Assembly: GCA_963833005.1 (NCBI GenBank)
Contig: CAWHWK010000004.1
Span: forward strand, 19,173-83,172
Direction of reading: 5' to 3'
DNA: 64,000 nucleotides
Source of the DNA: an uncultured cyanobacterium
GTDB taxonomy: Bacteria > Cyanobacteriota > Cyanobacteriia > Phormidesmidales > Phormidesmidaceae
Shown here one piece after another: positions 7,418 to 15,204 of the stretch (the stretch's first letter is position 1; every line of letters starts with the position of its first letter). Below the pieces are notes generated by a model, which was given only the letters and a program-made list of their open reading frames with translations, did not search any database and was not told where the DNA came from. Both the position numbers and the translations under genes were made by a program.

Positions 7418-9217
7418 ATGTCTCTTCCTCACCTTACTCCAACTACCCTCCAGCAATATGCCACCCCGCAGTCTTATAGTCGGGGTGAAAGCTACTTTCG
7501 CGGCGGTGCGGTGATTTCTCTGACTCAGCGGCAACAGACTTTGCAGGGTGAGGTTGAAGGCAATGAGGTGATGCCTTATCGAATTACTATTGACTTTGAC
7601 GGTGGCGGTGTGACTCACGCTGAATGCACCTGTCTCTACAGCTTTTCAGGCTGGTGTAAGCATATCGTCGCGACCTTGCTGGCCTGCATCCATGAGCCCG
7701 AAATTATAGAGCAGCGTCCAACCCTTGCCCAACTGTTAGATCCGCTGACGTTAGTGCAAACCCAAGGTTTAGTGCAACATCTGGTTGCAGAACGTCCTGA
7801 TTTAATTGAGCTGATCGATCTACATGCGAGTCAGCTATTTCAACCCAAAGAGAACGTAAAAAGATCGGCTTCACCGTCTAAGCGTAGAACTAGCGTCGAT
7901 CCAGTTCCTTTCAAACGACGGGCCAGAGAGATTTTGCGTAGCGCTGTTCGAGACTGGGAAAATGGCCGCGACGATGACGATATTGGGATAGACCTGGGTG
8001 AATTGATTGCCGATGCGCTAGCCTTTGCTGAGCAAGGGGATGCGGCGAATGCCTTGGTGGTTTTGCAGGGTGTGACTGAGGGCTGTGTGAACAATTGGGA
8101 TGAAGTTGAGAATTTTTGTGGGCTCACGCCTCTAGATGTGGGCGTTGATTTTGATGCGGCTTGGGCGGAGGCTTTGTTGAGTGCTGACCTGAGTGAGGAT
8201 GAAGTTATTGGGTGGCAAGAAGAATTAGAGGGTTGGCAGGACTTGCTGGGTAGCTTTGAGATGGCACTAGCGGCGCTGCGACAAGGTTGGGACTATGCGC
8301 CTTTGATACGGGTGCTGCAAGGAGACATTTCAGAGCTTGGGGCTTGGGAAGGGGAAGCGCCTGACTGGGCCGATGAGTTTAGCCAGATTCGCCTGAAGAT
8401 TTTGGCTCGCCAAGAGCGCTATGAGGAATATCTGCATTTGGCTGAGGGGGAAGGGCAAACTCAGCAGTATTTGGCCATGCTGGGCCAGTTGGGACGGGTG
8501 GATCAGGCGATGCAGGTCGCCCAAACGGATCTGACGACCTTGTCAGAGGCGCAGGCTTTGGCGGAAGTCTTGCGATCGCAAAATCAGCTACCTCAGGCGT
8601 TAGAAATTGCCTTACAAGGACTCCGACTAGACGACAGCAATCCCTACATAGCCTTTGAGTTTGCTACCTGGGCGAGTGACTTAGCAGAAGGCATGGGCGA
8701 TACCAGCGCAGCGCTAGCGTCTCGCATCATAGCGTTCAAAGCCCGACCGTCCTTTCAAGACTATCAGCGAATCGAAGGGCTAGCAGCAGATAGCTGGCCT
8801 GAAATTAAAGAAAGCTTGTTGCAATACCTGCGCGCTAGCCAGAGCTGGGGTATGGAACAAGCTCAGATCGATATTTTTCTTGATGAAGGATTGTTAGAAG
8901 ATGCGATCGCTGTCGCCTCAAAGCTCAGCAGCTATTACAGTTCGCTCATTTTGCGAGTGATGGATAGGGTCGTGGCGAGCGATCATTTAGCTCACAATCA
9001 GTGGGTGATTGACAATGCCCGCCCTCGTGCCGAATCGATTATGGATGAAGGTAAGGCCAAATACTATGCTGACGCGGTGAAATGGCTAAAGCAGATTAAA
9101 GCCGCTTACCATGTGCTTGGGAAAGCGGCTGACTGGTCTTGCTATCGTCAAGCTCTGCTTAGCCAGCACGGGCGTAAATACAAGCTGATGGGGTTGATGA
9201 AGGAGAATAAACTGTGA
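7418..9217 (+). CDS. SWIM zinc-finger domain protein with a long helical C-terminal region
   Basis: It carries the SWIM signature CxC..C.H (HAECTCLYSFSGWCKHIVATLL) about 70 aa from the N-terminus. The remainder is alpha-helical and repeat-like. Confidence 0.8.
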   Translation: MSLPHLTPTTLQQYATPQSYSRGESYFRGGAVISLTQRQQTLQGEVEGNEVMPYRITIDFDGGGVTHAECTCLYSFSGWCKHIVATLLACIHEPEIIEQRPTLAQLLDPLTLVQTQGLVQHLVAERPDLIELIDLHASQLFQPKENVKRSASPSKRRTSVDPVPFKRRAREILRSAVRDWENGRDDDDIGIDLGELIADALAFAEQGDAANALVVLQGVTEGCVNNWDEVENFCGLTPLDVGVDFDAAWAEALLSADLSEDEVIGWQEELEGWQDLLGSFEMALAALRQGWDYAPLIRVLQGDISELGAWEGEAPDWADEFSQIRLKILARQERYEEYLHLAEGEGQTQQYLAMLGQLGRVDQAMQVAQTDLTTLSEAQALAEVLRSQNQLPQALEIALQGLRLDDSNPYIAFEFATWASDLAEGMGDTSAALASRIIAFKARPSFQDYQRIEGLAADSWPEIKESLLQYLRASQSWGMEQAQIDIFLDEGLLEDAIAVASKLSSYYSSLILRVMDRVVASDHLAHNQWVIDNARPRAESIMDEGKAKYYADAVKWLKQIKAAYHVLGKAADWSCYRQALLSQHGRKYKLMGLMKENKL

Positions 9218-9776
9218 TTTAGCTTCTTTTTTGGTTTCTCTCTAGGCCTTCTTTTTGGCTGGCTTCAGCTACTGAGCTGAAATTTCCGAGAGTTTTCGGA
9301 GGTCTCCTTTTAGGAGTGTGTTCTCTACCTCTATTTCGGCAAGGTCGGCTAAAAGGTCAGCTAGCAGTTCTTGGCGCACGGCTGCTAAAGCGACGACTTC
9401 ACTAGCCTTGTCGACTTTCTTCTTCGCGATCGCACGGTTGCTTTACGCCAGCCAATCGTAATCAACACTATGACCTCTACGAGAATCCTTCCTTACGGAA
9501 GATGTGTTGTCTCGGATGCTTGTGGCATTTTATTGCTTTGAAGTGAATATAATGCCTCCGCCCTGTCCTACCTCAATCTGCACTACCGGGTGACTTTCAT
9601 GCTGCGATCGCGATGCTGCTGTTTGCCTTTTGCTGCGATGTCGTCGGCTGCTTTACTCACAGTCCACGAAAATGGTCACTTTAGCGTGAGCGCAATATTG
9701 CTGTTTTGGCACTTCATTGGGGCGATTTAGCTAGCGCTGTTTGCGTTAATCTATCCTTGGCAGGTTCTATGTCTAT

Positions 9777-12251
9777 ATGAAATATCTCAGCGGAAGTGAA
9801 CTGATAGCAGAACTGCCCCTAATTTTGACAGGGCCGATTTTGCGGCGGACACAGGCGACTGATGTGACGGTTTGGATAGCGCTGAAGCGGGCCTGTCGGG
9901 TTAAGCTACAGATTTTTGAGACGGAGCAATCAGGCGCGCAAATTGGCCGGTGTGTGTTTCAAGGACATAGGGAAACGGCTGCTTTGGGGACGCATTTGCA
10001 CGTTGTGGCGGTGACGGCTCGCTCGGTGGTGGATGAAGGGGCGGATGAACGGCTGATAAGCGATCGCATCTATGCCTATGACCTACAGTTCACATCCGAC
10101 AAGTCTTGTAGTTTATCCGATGCGCTCAGCGGCGACAGGCACGGTGCTGAATCTATTAGCTATTTCGCCCACCAAAAGCCAACTTTCACCCTGCCCCCGT
10201 CCGAGCTGAGAGATCTTAAAATTGTTCATGGCTCTTGCCGCAAGCCCCACGGCAGAGGCTTCGACGCCTTGCCGATTTTAGACTGCCTGATTGAAGCCGA
10301 TGCGGGCAATACTGGGGCTAGGCCGCATCAGCTATTTATGACAGGTGACCAGATCTATGGGGACGATGTAGCCGATCCGCTGCTGTGGCTAGCAACGCCG
10401 CTGGGCGATACGCTTTTGGGCTGGGAAGAAAAGCTGCCTTTGAACTGTGAGGTCGGCGAGCTGTTTTCGGACGAGCAGGCCCAAAAGCAAGGCCAGAAGC
10501 AGGACCTGCATCAAAACCTGAATAAGAGCTGGGTTCACCCAAAGCAGCTGCCTGCCGGGAAGCGGGCCCAGTTTACAACTCAGCAAGCAGGCTTTACCGC
10601 TGGGCTAAAAAATAAGGCGGAGAGAACTACTAGCCATTTGCTGGGCTTTGGAGAATACTGCGGGTCCTATTTGCTGGCGCATTCTCCGGCCTGCTGGCCT
10701 GCGCAGTTGCCCACGGGCGCGCAGGTGACGACAGGTCGCAAAACGATTCGCGCTTGGGACAAAGATAAGCGCTGTATGGAGCAGTTTTTGCATACGCTGT
10801 GGAAAGTCCGACGGCTATTGGCCAATATTCCAACCTATACAATTTTTGATGACCACGATGTTAGCGACGATTGGAACCTGAATCAGAACTGGTGCTTGCG
10901 GACGCTGGGTAAACCGCTGGGGCGGCGCACGGTGCAAAATGCGATGCTGGCCTATGCTGTTTTTCAGGGGTGGGGCAATACGCCGGAGCAGTTTGAGGTG
11001 GGGGCTGCGGCTGGCGATAAGACTTTTGGTAATGAGGTTTCTGGCAATGAGGCTTCCGACAATAAGACATCTGGCGAGGCGTTGCTGATGGCGGCTGAGC
11101 AGTGGTCGCGATCTGGTGGGGAAGATGTGGGGGCGATGGAAGCGATCGCAACCTACTTAGGCCTACCGCCAACAAATCCGCATACCGGGCTGCCTGAATT
11201 TATCGAAGACAAAAACGTTTGGATATTTAAGCGTGATTCAAAAGCGCTGACCTGGCACTACACCATCCGTAGCGCCTGCCATGAAGTGGTTGTGCTAGAT
11301 ACGCGCACTTGGCGAGGCTACCCGATAGAAGAAAAGCCAATCGCGCCGCCGATGCTGCTGTGCCCTAGTGCTTTTCAGTCTCAGCTTTCCGAGCCGCTTT
11401 CTGACTCTCTCTTTGAACGCCTCTCCCAGTGTCATCCTGATTGCCATCCCGATTGTCAGGACGAGCAGTCTGCCGATGCTGACGCTAACTATAGAACCTT
11501 TATCGTTGCTCCTACAAATGTTTTTGGGATGCGGGCTTTAGACTGGATTCAACAGTGGCATCTAGAGCAGCGTAAGGTTTTTTCGGCAGATGTGGGAGAT
11601 TCTTGGAATTTTCACGATCAGGCGCTGGCGACGTTGTTGTTAACGCTGTTTGAGCATCGTCAAGATGTTGTGGTGCTCTCTGGCGATATTCACTACAGCT
11701 CTGTTATTCATGTGGACTATGAGGCTATCCGGTCGGGCGATCGCGCTAGCCTGGTTCAGTTTACGGCTAGTGCGATGAAGAATGAAGAGATGCTGACTCA
11801 AATATTGCACACTCGGCTAAAAGAGTGGCTATTGGCTGAGAAGCCGCGCCAGTGGGTGGGCTGGTTTTCGCCGCCGGATATGCAGGAAGTTCACCCCTCT
11901 AAAAAGCACGCTGCTAAGCAACAGCACGATGCTATCGATTGGCGCTGTCGGATGGAGTGGTTAAGGCGATCGCCTGCCCAATCTGTCCATATGGTTTCTA
12001 ATATTGCAGAACTGATTCCGCCTCGCGCGCTGGCCAGAAACCCCTGGGTGGAATGGCTTAAGTTTTGGAAGGCGCGCTGGTTTCAAGAGGGGCGAGAAGT
12101 GGTGGGGGTCAACAATATTGCCCTGGTGTCTTTTCAGAAAGATGTCTCTTCTCAACAAGCGCTGGACGTTAAGCAAGAACACTACTGGTTTTCGCCCTGG
12201 TCACCGACTCAGGTTGTTTGCAGTCGGTTTGAGCAAAAGCGATCGAGATAG
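9777..12251 (+). CDS. PhoD-like metallophosphatase family protein (824 aa, no signal peptide)
   Basis: Metallophosphoesterase/PhoD-type motifs are present: IVHGSCRKPHG, FMTGDQIYGDDV, IFDDHDVSDDWN, VVVLSGDIHYS. No Tat or Sec leader is visible. There are low-complexity inserts (GNEVSGNEASDNKTSG; CHPDCHPDC). Confidence 0.65.
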   Translation: MKYLSGSELIAELPLILTGPILRRTQATDVTVWIALKRACRVKLQIFETEQSGAQIGRCVFQGHRETAALGTHLHVVAVTARSVVDEGADERLISDRIYAYDLQFTSDKSCSLSDALSGDRHGAESISYFAHQKPTFTLPPSELRDLKIVHGSCRKPHGRGFDALPILDCLIEADAGNTGARPHQLFMTGDQIYGDDVADPLLWLATPLGDTLLGWEEKLPLNCEVGELFSDEQAQKQGQKQDLHQNLNKSWVHPKQLPAGKRAQFTTQQAGFTAGLKNKAERTTSHLLGFGEYCGSYLLAHSPACWPAQLPTGAQVTTGRKTIRAWDKDKRCMEQFLHTLWKVRRLLANIPTYTIFDDHDVSDDWNLNQNWCLRTLGKPLGRRTVQNAMLAYAVFQGWGNTPEQFEVGAAAGDKTFGNEVSGNEASDNKTSGEALLMAAEQWSRSGGEDVGAMEAIATYLGLPPTNPHTGLPEFIEDKNVWIFKRDSKALTWHYTIRSACHEVVVLDTRTWRGYPIEEKPIAPPMLLCPSAFQSQLSEPLSDSLFERLSQCHPDCHPDCQDEQSADADANYRTFIVAPTNVFGMRALDWIQQWHLEQRKVFSADVGDSWNFHDQALATLLLTLFEHRQDVVVLSGDIHYSSVIHVDYEAIRSGDRASLVQFTASAMKNEEMLTQILHTRLKEWLLAEKPRQWVGWFSPPDMQEVHPSKKHAAKQQHDAIDWRCRMEWLRRSPAQSVHMVSNIAELIPPRALARNPWVEWLKFWKARWFQEGREVVGVNNIALVSFQKDVSSQQALDVKQEHYWFSPWSPTQVVCSRFEQKRSR

Positions 12252-12307
12252 GGAGAGCGCTTTCGTTTGATAAAGCCGTTTGACAAAGCTGTTTGACAAT
12301 GCCAATT

Positions 12308-14398
12308 TTAAAAAATAATTTTTTTAGCGCTTCGCGCAGGGCACCCAAAGAGATAAAGGCTGTGTAAAAGAGAAACAACAGAAGAAGAGAAAAGTGCAAG
12401 AGGGCAAGAAGGGTAAAGCGCAATCAAGTCCTGGGCGCGACACAACTCACTCGAAAACCGATGCCGTTGCTGCGGTTGACGGGCGTAGTGTCGTGCGCGA
12501 AACGCGGAGCGGCAAGTCCTCGGACTGTAGATCCAGGAACCGCCGCGAACTACTTTGTTGTTACTTGTAGAAGATTCCCACACGCCGCCTTTTCTCGGCG
12601 CGCCTGTATAAGAATTATGCCAATCATCCTGACACCATTCCCATATGTTTCCATGCATATCGTATAGACCAAAGCTGTTAGGACGAAAGTTGCCTACATC
12701 TGTTGTTGTTTTGAGATATTTTCCAGTTGGTCCTTTTCTATAAGTAGAATTCTCATCATAGTTCGCTAGATCTGTTGTAATGGTTGGACCAAAGTGAAAA
12801 GGTGTTGTTGTCCCTGCTCGGCAGGCATATTCCCACTGCGCTTCACTTGGCAAGCTATAAACCCATTGAGAGCGCTGCGAAAGCCGCTTACAAAACTCCA
12901 CCGCCTCTTGCCACGAAACCTGTTCAACTGGATGCTTTGCACCCTTAAAATGCGCTGGATCTTTGTTCAAATCGCAATCTATCTGGTTTAGCGCTGCAAC
13001 CGCCGCCCACTGTGCCTGAGTCACCGCGAACTTGCCCATCCAAAATGCTGGCACCGTCACCTCATGCTGCGGATACTCTCGCTCAGAAGCTCCTTCTTCT
13101 CCTTCAGCCGCGCCCATCAAAAACTTACCACCCGGTATGCGCACCATCTCTAGCGTGACGCCATTGCCCAGGTCTTCGCTAAAGCACTCAGCCTCACCTG
13201 GAATTGTTTCAATCACCGTTCCCTGCTCATTCACCCGCACCGTTTCAAAACTGAAAGTCGGGTAGGTCAATTCTGGCCTGGACTCAGAAACCGATACAGT
13301 TGTTGGTATTGATGGCGGTTCTTCCACGACCAGCGTACGACCCGCTAATTCCTGCTCAATCAACTTTACATCCGCGTTTTTTAGCCCCAGGTACTTCTGA
13401 TAATCCTTAAGGTCTATCACATGGTCGCGACCTAGCGCTGGCTCATCTTCCAAACATTCTGCTAGGGCCTCGCGATACTCTTGCAGCTTGCGCTGATAGT
13501 CCCGAAAAGGCTTTAGCACCTCAGCTTCTATCGCTTCAGCCGCGCCGTCAGTTAACCCGCACGCCTGCCGAAACGAGGTCAGCAGTCTGCGCCCTACCGG
13601 CGTGAATTTCCCCTTGCGCGATCGCCGCTCTACTTCTTTTCGATACCTCAGCTCCGGCTTTTCCTGCGGCGCACTCGCCAGCCGAATATCATGCCCTCGC
13701 CCTTGCAGCATAATAATATCCGGGCTCATCGCGGGTGCCGTTTCCTTCACCTTGCGGCAGGCAAACTGATGCAGCTCATCAACTGTAATAAAGCCATCCC
13801 CATTTAGATCAGCCGTCCCTTTTTCAATTCCCTCCACCAGATAGCGCGTATATACAGACAGCTCCTCAGCCTTCGTTTCAAAGGCATAGTCCACCGCACT
13901 GGTTGAAGTCAGCACCACTCGTCCCTCTGCCGCAAGCTGCGCCTCTAGCTCAATTTCGCCATCATCGCGTGCCACCAGCTCACCAAACGCCCCGCTAAAG
14001 CAGCAGTCTAAAATCACTACCTGCTGCCGCGAGCGGCTATAGCGCAAAAAATCATTCAGCGATCGCGCCGCCATCGCCGTTGAGCGCACTAGCTGATCGC
14101 CCACCTTGCGCGTGCTACTCGTTGCAAAATACAGCTCGCGCCGGTCATCCTTAAGCCCATGCCCTGAAAAAAACAGCAGCGTCGTATCGTCTGCCTTGCG
14201 CTCGTTTAGCCACAGCTCAATGCCGCTTGTCATCTCATCGCGGGTCGGGTCAGTAAGCACCTGCACATCGTCAAAGTTGCCCAAAGCCGGATCGGCCAAA
14301 ATGCGCTGCACTGCTACCACATCCTGCACCGCCGCAGGCAATGCCGACAGACCTTCTGCATAGTTAGAAACGCCAATCAGCAGCGCAAATTTTCCCAT
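12308..14398 (-). CDS. Orthocaspase (peptidase C14) - EF-hand - FGE/SUMF1-domain fusion protein; the 3' end appears frameshifted
   Basis: The caspase His/Cys dyad is intact (LLFFSGHG; VVILDCCFSGAF). A canonical EF-hand loop follows (DLNGDGFITVDE). The FGE-sulfatase domain shows GKFLMGA..YPQHEVTV..FWMGKFAVTQAQW, HPVEQVSW, LPSEAQWEYACRAG, YDMHGNIWEWCQD, VVRGGSW..CRSAFR. The canonical family ending (..TPVNRSNGIGFRVSCVAPRT*) is present but in another frame, stopping at 12424-12426. See the findings. Confidence 0.85.
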   Translation of the reverse strand: MGKFALLIGVSNYAEGLSALPAAVQDVVAVQRILADPALGNFDDVQVLTDPTRDEMTSGIELWLNERKADDTTLLFFSGHGLKDDRRELYFATSSTRKVGDQLVRSTAMAARSLNDFLRYSRSRQQVVILDCCFSGAFGELVARDDGEIELEAQLAAEGRVVLTSTSAVDYAFETKAEELSVYTRYLVEGIEKGTADLNGDGFITVDELHQFACRKVKETAPAMSPDIIMLQGRGHDIRLASAPQEKPELRYRKEVERRSRKGKFTPVGRRLLTSFRQACGLTDGAAEAIEAEVLKPFRDYQRKLQEYREALAECLEDEPALGRDHVIDLKDYQKYLGLKNADVKLIEQELAGRTLVVEEPPSIPTTVSVSESRPELTYPTFSFETVRVNEQGTVIETIPGEAECFSEDLGNGVTLEMVRIPGGKFLMGAAEGEEGASEREYPQHEVTVPAFWMGKFAVTQAQWAAVAALNQIDCDLNKDPAHFKGAKHPVEQVSWQEAVEFCKRLSQRSQWVYSLPSEAQWEYACRAGTTTPFHFGPTITTDLANYDENSTYRKGPTGKYLKTTTDVGNFRPNSFGLYDMHGNIWEWCQDDWHNSYTGAPRKGGVWESSTSNNKVVRGGSWIYSPRTCRSAFRARHYARQPQQRHRFSSELCRAQDLIALYPSCPLALFSSSVVSLLHSLYLFGCPARSAKKIIF

Positions 14399-14550
14399 CG
14401 ATAAGGCAGGTGGTTTAGACGTAGGACTCCGCTATCAGAATACAGGTAAATATAAGGAAATTCAGGCAAACTCAGACGCTTTCGTATCTGGGAAATATCG
14501 TATTCTAATGTGGTTTTTCCTCATCACTAGCGAGCGTCATAGCCGTACCC

Positions 14551-14961
14551 TTACTTTTCTACTTCTTCTATCACCCGAATGCGGATGGATTCTAGCCGCT
14601 CTACTGCAGCCAACGCTTGCTCCATTTCTTCTGGATTGCGATACTCTAGCGAACATTCCAGCCCATCGGCTTTGTAATTCAACGTCAACGCCTTGCCATA
14701 AAACTGATTGCCCAAAAAGTCCATCGTTTTCTTCAGGTTTTCTCGGCTAATTTCTGCCGTTAGCACCCCGCCAACAAAGGCCAACAGCCCTGCTTTGGCT
14801 CCTTCGGACAGCTCTGATTGCCGCGCTAAGCGAGCAGACTCGGCCAGTTTGCCCGCAGTGAGTTCGTCGGCCAGCGTGAGCGATCGCACTTCCAGTTCAC
14901 TCGGCTCCAAATCCAACCCCGCCGCCGTCAAATCAATCGTCACCGCCAGCACATCGCTCAT
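14551..14961 (-). CDS. Small acidic protein resembling 'effector-associated constant component' EACC1
   Basis: It is 136 aa and lies co-directional, 152 bp upstream of the caspase gene. Its layout is VTIDL..EPSELE..L..EL...ESARLARQSELSEGAKAGLLAFVGGVL...GKALTLNYKADGLECSLEYRNPEEMEQALAAVERL. This matches my recollection of the small constant partners of caspase/trypsin effector genes. The assignment is from memory and not HMM-verified. Confidence 0.5.
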   Translation of the reverse strand: MSDVLAVTIDLTAAGLDLEPSELEVRSLTLADELTAGKLAESARLARQSELSEGAKAGLLAFVGGVLTAEISRENLKKTMDFLGNQFYGKALTLNYKADGLECSLEYRNPEEMEQALAAVERLESIRIRVIEEVEK

Positions 14962-15094
14962 AGTCCCACACTCACCTTATCAAAAATATTTTCCATTAGT
15001 ATAGGGCTTCCGGAATGCGTCTGTGCGATCGCCCGCTGTAGTTAACTTGGCAGAAAGAGGACAGGTGAATGTAGTTATCTGGTGAATAGTCGTT

Positions 15095-15204
15095 TTCTAT
15101 ACTTTCCTTTCTACACTTTCCTTTTCTGACTACACTTGTTGCTGCACCAGTTGTTCTACTTTCAACGCTTTTTCTACACCTTATTTCTACACCTTATTTC
15201 TACA
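15095..15204. repeat. Two sets of TTCTACAC-containing tandem repeats running into the ATP-grasp start codon
   Basis: TTCTATACTTTCCT and TTCTACACTTTCCT form a 14-bp pair at 15095-15122. TTTCTACACCTTA occurs x2 plus a partial TTTCTACA (13-bp units, 15171-15204). The last unit abuts the ATG at 15205. Confidence 0.85.

Noticed and set aside
9290-9445. Minus-strand open frame ..RAIAKKKVDKASEVVALAAVRQELLADLLADLAEIEVENTLLKGDLRKLSEISAQ*, possibly an antitoxin-like coiled coil in the 560-bp gap after the SWIM gene.
   Set aside because: A TAA lies immediately upstream and there is no ATG/GTG/TTG start before the last third. At best it is a remnant, so it is not reported as a gene.
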